Shown here piece by piece: positions 44,165 to 53,693 of a stretch of 64,000 nucleotides of DNA (positions are counted from its first letter, which is position 1; each line of letters opens with the position of its first letter). Origin of the DNA: Acidobacteriota bacterium. GTDB taxonomy: Bacteria; Acidobacteriota; Terriglobia; Bryobacterales; Bryobacteraceae. The translations under genes and the position numbers were made by a program. The stretch covers positions 104 to 64,103 of the forward strand of contig JBDTSJ010000095.1 of NCBI GenBank assembly GCA_039931205.1. Reading direction: 5' to 3'. Under the pieces are notes generated by a model. That model worked only from the letters and a program-made list of their open reading frames with translations, had not been told where the DNA came from and made no database searches.

Positions 44165-46840
44165 TCAATCTACCCGCAGCGCCTGCATTGGATTGGCCCC
44201 CGCCGCTCTACGTGCAGGAACGTACGCCGCGCTTCCCGCACACACCACCAACGCCAGCGCCGCTACCACGTACGCCGCCGGATCTGTGCCTTTCACCTCA
44301 AACAATTGCGATTCAATGAACCGGCCCAAATACAACCCCAGCCCCAACCCAATCGCCGCCCCCGCCGCCACCAGCATCACCGATTCCCGAGTCACCAGCC
44401 ACGCGACTGCGGCCGGCTTCGCTCCCAGCGCCACCCGAATCCCGAGCTCCCGAGTCCGCGAGGCCGCCGCACCCGCGATCAGTCCGTAGATCCCCACACC
44501 CACCAGCAGCAACGCCAGCATCGCGAATGCCGTGCTCAGTACTCCCAGCAGCCTCTCCCGGCCCAATCGCCCTTCGACGAACTCACTCGCCGTCTCCATC
44601 TCCTGCACCGGTACAGCCCGGTCCACCCGCGCCGCCACCGACCGTACTGCGGGAATCAATGCCGCCGCTTGTATGCGAACTCGTAAGGTGAAATACGTCC
44701 ACGCCGGCTCCTTGCCCACAGCAACGTACAAGGTGCGCTCAGGTGCCACCCTCGGACCTCGCTCCCGCGCGTCGGCCACCACGCCAACTACGCTCACTAA
44801 TTCGTCGCCAGTCGAAAACTGGCGCCCCAGAATATCGAGACTCCCGAAAAAGTGACGAGCGAACGATTCATTCACTACCGCAGGGTTGCTCTGGACCGAT
44901 ACGGATCGCTTCGTCGCCCGCGCGCTAGCCTTCAGCGGCGCCTGATCCGATGCTGTAAGGTCCCGGCCGCGAATCAGTCGAAGGCCGCTCGTCTCCACAT
45001 ACCGCGCACCCACGAAGTTGCGCGAGACCAGCTGTGCGTTGAAATCGCGCGCCTCAAAACCTGCCAGGATAACACCCGTGCGATTGGAAACATTCCCCAC
45101 CGGGTTCTGCGACATCGTCACCGCCGCGACTCCCGGCAGGGCTTCCAAACCCGCGGTCATCCGCTGGTAATACGCCCTCCGTGCCGCCGCATCATAGTTC
45201 ACCAGCCCAGGGCTCACGCGAAACTGCAGTAATTCGGCGCTGCGATACCCCAAATCGATGTGCCGCAAGTTTTCGAACGTCCGCAGAAACAACGCCGCTC
45301 CCATTAACAGCACCACAGCCAATCCCACCTGCGCGGGAATCAATCCCCTTATCAACCGGGCTTTCGCAGGCGAAGATCGAACACCGCGCAGCGCCGTCTG
45401 CGGATCTGTCGAAGCGAGCCATAACGCCGGCAAAATGCCGATCAACACCATCGCTACCACGGAAACCGCGGCTGTGAATCCCAGCGCCACCGCATCGATG
45501 TGAGCGTCAATCGCGCGCAGCCCCTCATCGCCGGCCGCCATCCTCAACATCAGATCGCTCCCAAAAACCGCTAATGCCAAACCAGCCACAGCGCCCAATA
45601 ACGCCAGAAGAAAGGACTCCGCCAAAAGCTCCCGCAGGATGCGCGCGCGTCCCGCACCCAGCGCCAGGCGCACCCCGAACTCACGCCGCCGCGACGCGGA
45701 TCGCGCCGCAACCAACCCTGCCAGGTTCGCGCAAGCCAGCAGAAAGACCAAAACCACTGCTCCCATCAAAATCCGTAGAGGCCGATCCAGCCGATAGCGC
45801 ATCTCCGACACAGCGCCGCTCGCAGCCGGGGCCACAAAGAATTGAAACTTGTGTAAGGAATCCCGCAGAGTGCTCGGGATCTCCGGCCCCAGCGCTTGAA
45901 TGATATCCTCCACCGTGTCCGAGTAAACCGGCGCCAGCCCCGCCTGAACCTGCGCGACACTCACCCCCGGTGCTCTCCGGCCTACAATCCGCAGCCACCA
46001 ATCGTCGCGAGCTTTCAAATGTCCAGGAACCTCGATAGCATCCGTCATCGAAAGCGGAATTGTAAGGTCCACCGCGTGGTCCAATCCCAGCCCGCGAAAT
46101 GCCGGCGGTGTCACACCCACGACCACCACCGGCCGAGCATTTATTTCCACCGTTTGCCCCACAATGTGCTCATCCGCGCCAAATCTCCGCTGCCAATATG
46201 CGAAACTCAACACCACCACGGCAGCCGCTCCTGGCTGGTCATCGGAAGGATGCAACAGCCGCCCTGTCGCAGGCAATAATCCGAGCAGCTCGTGCACTTC
46301 CCCGCCCGCCAACTGCCCGTTCGCCACTTCGCCCACTCCCCTATAAGCCACATTCATGAACCGAGCCGGCGTAAAGGCGACCGCATGGCGTAACAAATCC
46401 GTTCGCTGCGAGAACAACTGAAACCCGGGATAAGAGAACCCGCACCCCACATCCTCCGGCTCAAGAGGATTAGTGCAATTCAACTCCACCAACTCCTCAG
46501 GATTCTCAACCGGCAATTCCGCCAGAAGCACCCGGTGCAGCAACGTGAACACCGTGGTATTCGCGCCAATTCCCAGCCCCAGCACCGCCACAGCCGTCAG
46601 CGCAAAACCCGGACTCTTCCTAAATCCCCGCCACGCGTACCGCACATCCTGACCCAGATCCGCCAGCCAACCTAGCGCGCGCGTGTCGCGGAGTTCGTCC
46701 TTGGCCAGTTCCACCGATCCGAACTCCCGCCGAGCCCGATCACGAGCTTCCCCAAGCGTCATGCCCTGCGCTACGTAATCCGCCACCGCCTGCTCCAAGT
46801 GAAAACGGATCTCTTTGTTCATGTCGCGTTCGAAGCTCAT
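44165..46840 (-). CDS. duplicated FtsX/MacB-type ABC permease (acidobacterial 'ADOP' family)
   Basis: About 890 aa. N-terminus MSFERDMNKEIRFHLEQAVADYVAQGMTLGEARDRARREFG..DVRYAWRGFRKSPGF.. Two MacB-periplasmic plus FtsX modules. Start ATG 46840 overlaps the padR stop (ATGA). Confidence 0.85.
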   Translation of the reverse strand: MSFERDMNKEIRFHLEQAVADYVAQGMTLGEARDRARREFGSVELAKDELRDTRALGWLADLGQDVRYAWRGFRKSPGFALTAVAVLGLGIGANTTVFTLLHRVLLAELPVENPEELVELNCTNPLEPEDVGCGFSYPGFQLFSQRTDLLRHAVAFTPARFMNVAYRGVGEVANGQLAGGEVHELLGLLPATGRLLHPSDDQPGAAAVVVLSFAYWQRRFGADEHIVGQTVEINARPVVVVGVTPPAFRGLGLDHAVDLTIPLSMTDAIEVPGHLKARDDWWLRIVGRRAPGVSVAQVQAGLAPVYSDTVEDIIQALGPEIPSTLRDSLHKFQFFVAPAASGAVSEMRYRLDRPLRILMGAVVLVFLLACANLAGLVAARSASRRREFGVRLALGAGRARILRELLAESFLLALLGAVAGLALAVFGSDLMLRMAAGDEGLRAIDAHIDAVALGFTAAVSVVAMVLIGILPALWLASTDPQTALRGVRSSPAKARLIRGLIPAQVGLAVVLLMGAALFLRTFENLRHIDLGYRSAELLQFRVSPGLVNYDAAARRAYYQRMTAGLEALPGVAAVTMSQNPVGNVSNRTGVILAGFEARDFNAQLVSRNFVGARYVETSGLRLIRGRDLTASDQAPLKASARATKRSVSVQSNPAVVNESFARHFFGSLDILGRQFSTGDELVSVVGVVADARERGPRVAPERTLYVAVGKEPAWTYFTLRVRIQAAALIPAVRSVAARVDRAVPVQEMETASEFVEGRLGRERLLGVLSTAFAMLALLLVGVGIYGLIAGAAASRTRELGIRVALGAKPAAVAWLVTRESVMLVAAGAAIGLGLGLYLGRFIESQLFEVKGTDPAAYVVAALALVVCAGSAAYVPARRAAGANPMQALRVD

Positions 46841-47223
46841 GTTGGCTCCCCGTCCAAAATAAGGTCCATCACCCCCCGCAACCTGCGCCAATCCTCCGTC
46901 TGCTTTGCCAGGGCCTTGTGCCCCTCTTTGGTCAACTTGTAGTATTTGGCCTCGCGCCCCGATTCGTGGGTGCACCACTCCGGAACTAGCAGCCCACGCC
47001 GCTCCATCCGATACAACGCCGGATACAGCGACCCCTGCCGCACCTGCAACGCATCCTTGGAGATCTGCTGCAGTCGCTGTACGATCCCATACCCGTGCAA
47101 CGGTTCCAGCGCGACAATTTTCAAAATCAGCAGGTCCAGCGTCCCCTGAAGCAACTCCGCTTCCTTGGGGGCGGAAGGCGGCGAAGCAGGAATGATAATT
47201 TCATACTTAGGCATTCTAGGCAC
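46837..47223 (-). CDS. PadR-family transcriptional regulator
   Basis: ..LQGTLDLLILKIVALEPLHGYGIVQRLQQIS..QVRQGSLYPALYRMERRGLL..EAKYYKLTKEG... Confidence 0.85.
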   Translation of the reverse strand: MPRMPKYEIIIPASPPSAPKEAELLQGTLDLLILKIVALEPLHGYGIVQRLQQISKDALQVRQGSLYPALYRMERRGLLVPEWCTHESGREAKYYKLTKEGHKALAKQTEDWRRLRGVMDLILDGEPT

Positions 47224-47260
47224 AGACTACACTCGCATGCCTAGCATGTCAAGGCATATC

Positions 47261-47833
47261 TCACGGATTCACCCTTCGCAAAACCAAATCATCATCAAAG
47301 AACTCATCCTTGGACCCAAAGCGTTCCAGAAACGAAATCAGCGCCGCGGCTTCCCCCGTCATCAGGAACCCTTTGTCCCCAGGAAGCTCAATCGAAGCCG
47401 GCCGATCAGCCACGGGAATCTTAGACCACTTCAGCATCCGCAAGGCAATCGTGATTCCCGCTCGCTTCTCCAACCGAACAAAGAAATGCGTCTTCAGATA
47501 GAAGTCGTTCTCATCCTCAGCCGCAACCACATCCCCCCACAGCTTGTCGCCGATCTTCCGCAGCGTCAACTTCAGATGCACAATCCCCCGCTCGGACGGC
47601 TTCCCCGGATCGCCATCCACTAACCGCAATTGGTACGCCGCCGGTGTCGGGGTATCCTCCGGGCTCAGGATATAGATCGCCTCATCGCTATTCTTATCCT
47701 CCATCCACACACCCACCAGCGACGCATCGTAAACCGCCGTCTCATTACTCGCAATCGGATACACCGACTGCACCACCGTACACCCCGATGAAAGCATCCC
47801 CACAGCCAATACCCAGGCGAGTCTCGATTTCAT
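47261..47833 (-). CDS. hypothetical lipoprotein
   Basis: 190 aa with lipobox MKSRLAWVLAVGMLSSGC. No family recognised. Confidence 0.6.
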   Translation of the reverse strand: MKSRLAWVLAVGMLSSGCTVVQSVYPIASNETAVYDASLVGVWMEDKNSDEAIYILSPEDTPTPAAYQLRLVDGDPGKPSERGIVHLKLTLRKIGDKLWGDVVAAEDENDFYLKTHFFVRLEKRAGITIALRMLKWSKIPVADRPASIELPGDKGFLMTGEAAALISFLERFGSKDEFFDDDLVLRRVNP

Positions 47834-47850
47834 TTCCGCACCTCTTTCCG

Positions 47851-47877
47851 TCGGCTGTTAACGAATCGGCTGTTAAC
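47851..47877. promoter_or_regulatory. tandem 12-bp direct repeat TCGGCTGTTAAC (x2, 15-bp period) in the lipoprotein/argC divergent intergenic region
   Basis: Copies at 47851-47862 and 47866-47877, read directly. Each contains the palindrome GTTAAC. Confidence 0.4.
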
Positions 47878-47931
47878 TAAGTTGATACAAGGCCGCTTTC
47901 GACCCCCGTGGCATACTAAAAGTTCACTTCT

Positions 47932-48942
47932 ATGGAGCGAACCCCCATTGGCATCGTAGGCTTCACCGGCTACAGCGGAGCCGAGCTTATCGCAATCCTC
48001 TCCCGCCATCCCTTGGCCGAACCCGTCCTGCTGGAACATCGCGAGGCCACCGATGCTCCGCGTCCCATCGGCTACGCCGGACCCCGCCGTATGCCCTGCT
48101 CCCCGGATTCCATCCGCTCCGCTGGAATCGTCGGAGTACTGCTCGCCACCGCGCCCGACATTTCCATGGACCTGGCCCCTGGCTTCCTCGACGCGGGAGC
48201 CAAAGTGGTCGACCTCAGCGGCGCCTTCCGCCTCGGCACCGTCGAAAACTACCAGCACTGGTACAAAGAAAACCATACCCAGCCCCAGCTTCTCCAAGAG
48301 GCAGTCTACTCCATCCCCGAGTTCCATCGCGCCCTCGTCCCCGGCGCTCGCCTGATTTCGAATCCCGGCTGCTATCCCACCGCCGCCAACTTGGCACTTC
48401 GGCCCCTACTCGCAGCCGGCGCCATCCGCCGCGACGCGGGCATCGTCTGCGACGCCAAAAGCGGGGTTAGCGGAGCCGGCCGGAAAGCTTCTCTCAAGAC
48501 CAGCTTCTGCGAAGTGACCGAAAACTTCTCGGCCTATTCGATACTCGATCACCGCCATGTGGCGGAAGTGCTGCAGACTTGCGGCCTCCAGGAAGCGGAA
48601 TTCAGCTTCACCGCGCATTTGATTCCCATCCACCGGGGCATCCTGGAAACTATCTATTTTCGGACCACCCCCGAAATTCACTCCGCCCAGGATCTCGTGG
48701 ATATCTATCTACAGGCTTTCCGGGATGAGCCAATGGTGCGCGTCTATGAAACCGGCGCAATTCCCGACATTTCCGCCATAGCCCGAACTAATTTCTGCGA
48801 TTTATCGGTTAAATACGACCAGCCTACCGGTCGAGCGGTAGTCGTCTCGGTGCTCGACAACCTCGGGAAGGGCGCAGCCGGCCAAGCCATGCAGAATATG
48901 AACCTCGCCCTGGGCTTCCCTGAGACAGCCGGCGTACTGTGA
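47932..48942 (+). CDS. argC: N-acetyl-gamma-glutamyl-phosphate reductase
   Basis: ..IGIVGFTGYSGAEL.. with the catalytic Cys context ISNPGCYPTA. Confidence 0.9.
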   Translation: MERTPIGIVGFTGYSGAELIAILSRHPLAEPVLLEHREATDAPRPIGYAGPRRMPCSPDSIRSAGIVGVLLATAPDISMDLAPGFLDAGAKVVDLSGAFRLGTVENYQHWYKENHTQPQLLQEAVYSIPEFHRALVPGARLISNPGCYPTAANLALRPLLAAGAIRRDAGIVCDAKSGVSGAGRKASLKTSFCEVTENFSAYSILDHRHVAEVLQTCGLQEAEFSFTAHLIPIHRGILETIYFRTTPEIHSAQDLVDIYLQAFRDEPMVRVYETGAIPDISAIARTNFCDLSVKYDQPTGRAVVVSVLDNLGKGAAGQAMQNMNLALGFPETAGVL

Positions 48943-49709
48943 AGATCCTCATCAAGCTGGGAGGCACTCTCCTCGACGCAGCTGAGTCCCGCCATCGCCT
49001 CGCCGCGGAAATTACGCAAGCCGCCGCGCCCGGGCGGCAGATCGTAGTGGTGCACGGCGGCGGCAAACAAATGACCCGGTTTCTCACCGAAAGGGGCGTA
49101 GAAAGCCGCTTTGTGAACGGTCTGCGGGTGACCACTCCAGATGTCATCGACGCCGTCGTCAAGGTGTTTCGCGGCAGTGTGAACACGGATCTCGTCACCG
49201 CCCTGCGCGCCGCAGGCAATCGGCCCGTCGGATTGAGCGGCCTCGACGCGGGGTTGGTCGACGCGGAAATCTTAAATCCTGAATTGGGACAAGTGGGACG
49301 CCCCGTAGCATCCGACACCCGCCTGCTGGATCTCCTCACGCGCGAGGGCTACTTGCCCGTTGTCGCCTGTGTCGCAGGAGACGCTCGCGGCGGCATCTAC
49401 AACATCAACGCCGATCAAATGGCAGTCACTTGCGCCATCTCTTTTGGGGTGAAGCAATTATTGTTCCTCACCGATGTCGACGGAGTTCGTGGGGCCGATG
49501 GCGGAATATTCCCCACTCTTGCGGCTTCGGACGCACAGCGCTTGATCCAGGATGGCGTTGCCACGGGCGGCATGCAGGCTAAGCTCGAAGCAGCGTGCGA
49601 GGCCCTGAAAATGGGCGTGGGAGAGGTATGCATCGCTCCCGGAGCTCGCCCTGGCATCGTCCAGGAACTGCTGCAGGGCCAGCCTGTTGGCACTCGCGTC
49701 CTACGGTAA
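48939..49709 (+). CDS. argB: acetylglutamate kinase
   Basis: MKILIKLGGTLL..VVVHGGGKQ..NINADQMA... 4-nt overlap with argC. Confidence 0.9.
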   Translation: MKILIKLGGTLLDAAESRHRLAAEITQAAAPGRQIVVVHGGGKQMTRFLTERGVESRFVNGLRVTTPDVIDAVVKVFRGSVNTDLVTALRAAGNRPVGLSGLDAGLVDAEILNPELGQVGRPVASDTRLLDLLTREGYLPVVACVAGDARGGIYNINADQMAVTCAISFGVKQLLFLTDVDGVRGADGGIFPTLAASDAQRLIQDGVATGGMQAKLEAACEALKMGVGEVCIAPGARPGIVQELLQGQPVGTRVLR

Positions 49710-49900
49710 TTCCGAAATCACTAGGGTCTTTCACGCAACTCTTCGGTTCGGAAAAAAAGTACTCTTTGTTTCTTTCTTTCTTGTGAGAAATATTCATAAG
49801 ATAAGACACTCTATATTACCCATCCATCGGATGGGAGTAGGCCTTAGATTTTAACGCGCTTCTCGCCACAGTGATTCATCGCTTACAGAGTTGGAGGCAC

Positions 49901-50872
49901 ATGCGCGCTCAAACTATTGACATTTCGCAGTCCGCCGGCCGGATTCTTTGCTGCACTATTTTTCGCTCCGGCGGAAAAAAGCTGTTGGCCAAAGGCCACA
50001 CCCTCAGCGAGGAAGACATTCGCCTCCTGCAAACCGAAGGTCTGGGACAAGTCTGGGTCACCGAACTCGAAGCGGGTGAAATCGGCGAAGACGAAGCTGT
50101 CAGTCAGGCGGCCGCCGAAATCGGCTGTGGCTGCCTGGAAATCCGCCTGGCCGCCGGTGGACGCGCCAACCTGTTCGCCACCGAGAATTGCTGCATGTTG
50201 GTCGATGACGATCTGTTACGCCAGATCAATTGCACCGCCAGCATCGTCATTTCCACGGTTCCCAACTTCAGCTTCGCGCGCGCCGGGCAACGCGTAGCCA
50301 CGGTAAAGAGCGCGCCCTTCGCGATCGCGCAATCCCAACTCGAAGCCGTGATCGGCATCCTCCGCGAACGTGGACCCATCCTGCAGGCCCGCCCCATCCT
50401 CGCACCGTCTCTCGCGGTCCTCTATACCGACCCTTTGGATGGCGACCGGGCGCGCCAACTCTTTGAGCCGGTTTTGCGCCAACGCCTGGATCACTTTGGT
50501 CTCGCCCCCAGCTTCGCCCTGGCCGCCATCGAAGAAGAAGGGGCCGTTGCGCGCTCCTTGCAGCATCTGCTGCGCGCCAACCCGACGTGCGTCCTGGTCG
50601 CCTCCACTACCGCTCCCGCTGGCCCCGAAGACGTCGTAGGACAAGCCATGTCTCAGACCGGGTGCCACATGGAACGCTTCCTCGCACCCGTCGAACCCGG
50701 CAACCTCATGCTGCTGGCCTACAAGAATGACATCCCCGTGCTGTCCGCTCCCGGATGTTTCCGCTCCGCCAAGCCAAATGTGGTCGACATGATTCTGCCA
50801 CCCATGCTCGCCCGCTATCGCGTCTCGGGTTGGGAAATCGCCTGCCTGGGTCACGGTGGCTTGCTCGCCTAA
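49901..50872 (+). CDS. molybdopterin-binding (MoCF-biosynthesis/MoeA-CinA-like) domain protein
   Basis: Start set at MRAQTIDISQSAG after a GGAGG Shine-Dalgarno motif. The C-terminal half (..VLVASTTAPAGPEDVVGQA..PVEPGNLMLLAY..IPVLSAPGC..) resembles the MoCF domain. Assignment is from memory. Confidence 0.5.
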   Translation: MRAQTIDISQSAGRILCCTIFRSGGKKLLAKGHTLSEEDIRLLQTEGLGQVWVTELEAGEIGEDEAVSQAAAEIGCGCLEIRLAAGGRANLFATENCCMLVDDDLLRQINCTASIVISTVPNFSFARAGQRVATVKSAPFAIAQSQLEAVIGILRERGPILQARPILAPSLAVLYTDPLDGDRARQLFEPVLRQRLDHFGLAPSFALAAIEEEGAVARSLQHLLRANPTCVLVASTTAPAGPEDVVGQAMSQTGCHMERFLAPVEPGNLMLLAYKNDIPVLSAPGCFRSAKPNVVDMILPPMLARYRVSGWEIACLGHGGLLA

Positions 50873-50977
50873 ACGCGACTGCCTCGCCCCTGCCCTACCC
50901 ACCGCCCGCACCTCCTACTTGCAAGTAGCCCTTCGTTTGCGCGACACTAACAAGTTTTCCCGGTCAGTTACTGCCAC

Positions 50978-51931
50978 ATGCGCATTCGAATCCTCCATCA
51001 CGATCACTGCTTCGACGGCGCAGCCTCGGCGGCCTTCTTCAGCCGCTTCCTCGAAGCCCGTTTCCACCCCAACGCCGAGTTCTCCTACACCGGCCTGGCC
51101 CACAAAGCTTCGCAACTCTTTGAGCCTGAATTATTCGACGGCGACATCAATGCCATCGTCGATTTCAAGTACTCCACCGACCCTCGCCTAAACTGGTGGT
51201 TCGACCATCACCAGAGCGCTTTCCTCACCCCCGAAGATCACCAGCACTTCCTGCGCGACACCAGCGGCCAGAAGATGTATGACCCCGAGTTCCGCAGTTG
51301 CACCAACTACATCGCCACCATTGCCCGCGAGCGCTTCGGGTTCAACGCGCCCGATCTCGCCGAATTGGTCCATTGGGCCGACATCATCGATGGCGCGCAA
51401 TACGAAAGTGCCGCCGCCGCCGTTGCCTTGGGCTCGCCCGCCATGCAGTTAACCCTGGTGATCGAAGGCTGCAAAGGCTCGGATACAGTGCAGCGCATCA
51501 TCCGGAAAATGCAGTTCGAGAAATTGGCGGACATCATCGCCGACCCCGAGGTCCAGGCCATCTACAAGCCGATGTACGCAAAGCATCTGGATTCCATCGG
51601 GATCATTCGTAAGCAGGCCTCCTGCGACCGCGGAGTAGTCTTCTTCGACCTCATCAAAGATGGCCTGGAAGGCTACAACAAGTTCATCCCCTACGACCTG
51701 TTTCCCGAGTCCTTATACACCGTCTCGGTAAGCGCCGCCAGCTTCCGTACTAAGGTGGCCGTAGGCTCCAACCCGTGGGCCAAAGAGCCCCTAAAGTACA
51801 ATCTGGCGTCCATCTGCGAACGCTATGGTGGCGGAGGCCACGCCAAAGTCGGAGCCATCAGTTTCCCCATCGGAGCAGTGGACGAAGCGCGCCAAGCCGC
51901 GGCAGAGATCTCCGCCGAGTTGCGAAGCTAA
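50978..51931 (+). CDS. DHH-superfamily phosphoesterase-like protein
   Basis: N-terminus MRIRILHHDHCFDGAASAA.. is DHH motif I/II-like. The C-terminus has ..GGGGHAKVGA.. (DHHA1-like GGGH). Confidence 0.5.
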   Translation: MRIRILHHDHCFDGAASAAFFSRFLEARFHPNAEFSYTGLAHKASQLFEPELFDGDINAIVDFKYSTDPRLNWWFDHHQSAFLTPEDHQHFLRDTSGQKMYDPEFRSCTNYIATIARERFGFNAPDLAELVHWADIIDGAQYESAAAAVALGSPAMQLTLVIEGCKGSDTVQRIIRKMQFEKLADIIADPEVQAIYKPMYAKHLDSIGIIRKQASCDRGVVFFDLIKDGLEGYNKFIPYDLFPESLYTVSVSAASFRTKVAVGSNPWAKEPLKYNLASICERYGGGGHAKVGAISFPIGAVDEARQAAAEISAELRS

Positions 51932-51937
51932 GTCTTC

Positions 51938-53590
51938 CTATCGCGGCGCCGCAATTAACGAGAGCATAACGTTCGCCGTCGAGTGTTCATCCACTCTCAC
52001 GCTGGTTCCCCTGGACGGCATAAGCCCGAGAATTGCCGTCAGCGGCGACAAACCGCCTACCCGTTCGAACGCGGCGATGTAATAGTCCCCAGGCGAGACC
52101 TCGCTCAACTCAAAGGATCCACCCGCACCGCAAACAACCGTTTGTCCCAGAGTCACTCCCTCGACTCGCCGCGGAATCAGAACCACAGTGGAGCCCTCAC
52201 CTTTCTCGACGATTCCCCGCACCGTGCCGGAGAAAGACTTGAGAACCACGCGCAACCGCGGACCACCGGCGGTGGCCGAAAAGGGTCCTACGACTTCGCT
52301 TTCACCCAAAAATGTCTGCACCGTCGCACCCGGCTTGGCAATAATCCGGTAACGACCCGGCAATATATTCTCGAACGAGAGCTCGCCGGATTCGAGAATC
52401 CCGACACGCTCGTATTCGTTGCCGTCCTCACTCATGAGGAATACGGCCGCGAAAAGCCGAGGATCAGAATCCCGTTGCGGGCCCGGCGCATCGCCCTTCC
52501 ATTCGAGTGTTCCCTTCAGGTCGAACGGCCTCGCGATTCGGATCTGGAAATCCTCCAGATCGGCGCGCCCCACAAATACGGCCCCCGCCCCGCGCGAAGA
52601 TATGCCGCCACGAGTCTGACCATCGCGAATCGGATCGGACGCGGCATGGAGTATCCAGTCACCCGATCGTACGGCGGAAAACTCGAAGCGCCCGTCATTA
52701 CCGGCGATAACGTTCAACTCAGGAGTGCCGCTGGGCGCTCGCCGCATGCCCAGCGCGAAGAGTATGCTCCCTCCGAGGCGAGCCGATAACGCCATGGACT
52801 CGCGAGTGCCTTCCTGAATCCCGAATAACGCGACCTCGGCGCCGGAGGAGGGCTTCCCCTCTTCGTCCAACACGATCCCGCGTACGCGATGCACCGCCGC
52901 CGTCTGCATCCGGATCTCGTATCCCCCGAAATCCTGGCCACCCACTACGATCGGCTGCGCTAACGATCTGTCCGCAACGGACGGATAATACGTCGTTACC
53001 AGCGCGGTTCTGGTTCCATCGCCCGCCTGCTCCTGCTTAGCGCTTTGCGGAGGTTTCGCGATCAAAGTGTAGGAGCCCGGCTTGTTATTCTCCAACGCAA
53101 AGCGGCCCTCCTCATCGGTAACAACCTCGTTCGCCATAACATTGGGAGCAAGGGAGACCTGGACACCCGCGGCGGGTTTTCCATCCGGGTCGACTACGCG
53201 GCCGGCGAGGGTAGTGAATGGCGTGAGTTTGAGCTCCACCTTCAGCACAGCGCCACCAGTGGTCACGCGTAATACCGAGTTCATGAGAACGCTTAGATCC
53301 GGTATTGTCATCGGCGAGGTGAAACCCTCCATCTCAGCGCTGGCGCGGTAATCGCCGGGAGCCATAGCGGCAATCCTGAAGCGTCCCGCCGCGTCTGACG
53401 TGGCCTCGTACCTGGATGGGGCTGCGCCTTCCTCATTGGACTGGACCGTGGCGAAAACTACCGTGACTCCGCCAATACCCGCCCGGGTGACCGTGTTGAC
53501 TACGGTTCCTTCCACAGCACCAGAAGCAGGAGTGTATTGCGCGACCAGTGCCGCGACGGCCCCCGATGAGATAAAAACTGCGAGCTTCAA
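51938..53590 (-). CDS. secreted carboxypeptidase-regulatory-like (CarboxypepD_reg) repeat protein
   Basis: Repeated ..G.V.D..GKP..GA.V.L.. units (GRVVDPDGKPAAGVQVSL, GIVLDEEGKPSSGAEVAL). The ORF is open up to 53653, 2 nt from the IS remnant. A TTG at 53590 would give the signal peptide MKLAVFISSGAVAALVA. The start is uncertain. Confidence 0.7.
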   Translation of the reverse strand: MKLAVFISSGAVAALVAQYTPASGAVEGTVVNTVTRAGIGGVTVVFATVQSNEEGAAPSRYEATSDAAGRFRIAAMAPGDYRASAEMEGFTSPMTIPDLSVLMNSVLRVTTGGAVLKVELKLTPFTTLAGRVVDPDGKPAAGVQVSLAPNVMANEVVTDEEGRFALENNKPGSYTLIAKPPQSAKQEQAGDGTRTALVTTYYPSVADRSLAQPIVVGGQDFGGYEIRMQTAAVHRVRGIVLDEEGKPSSGAEVALFGIQEGTRESMALSARLGGSILFALGMRRAPSGTPELNVIAGNDGRFEFSAVRSGDWILHAASDPIRDGQTRGGISSRGAGAVFVGRADLEDFQIRIARPFDLKGTLEWKGDAPGPQRDSDPRLFAAVFLMSEDGNEYERVGILESGELSFENILPGRYRIIAKPGATVQTFLGESEVVGPFSATAGGPRLRVVLKSFSGTVRGIVEKGEGSTVVLIPRRVEGVTLGQTVVCGAGGSFELSEVSPGDYYIAAFERVGGLSPLTAILGLMPSRGTSVRVDEHSTANVMLSLIAAPR

Positions 53591-53647
53591 GAACTTCGTG
53601 CGTTTCCAGTTAAGTTTACGCCCAGATCCGCCACCCGCGGCCCAGCA

Positions 53648-53655
53648 CCCCAATA
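53648..53655. repeat. probable target-site duplication, left copy (CCCCAATA)
   Basis: 7/8 identical to CTCCAATA at 54308-54315. Both copies directly abut the 17-bp inverted repeats. Confidence 0.6.
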
Positions 53656-53693
53656 GGTAGTGTCCTAAAAGTATGTTGACGAATCGTCGAGAC

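Noticed and set aside
46841-46978. N-terminal extension of the ADOP permease ORF overlapping padR
   Set aside because: The internal ATG at 46840 gives the family-typical MSFERDMNKEIRFHLE start and the classic ATGA overlap with the padR stop.
50216-50911. 231-aa ORF antisense to the MoCF-like gene
   Set aside because: Shadow ORF with Gly/Ala/Arg-rich low-information sequence. The plus-strand frame has a Shine-Dalgarno motif and a better codon pattern, although that gene's family call is itself only moderate.
50918-50931. Perfect 14-bp palindrome CTACTTGCAAGTAG between the MoCF-like gene and the DHH-like gene
   Set aside because: It is a single short palindrome with no U-tract and no second copy in the window, which is insufficient to call a terminator or operator.
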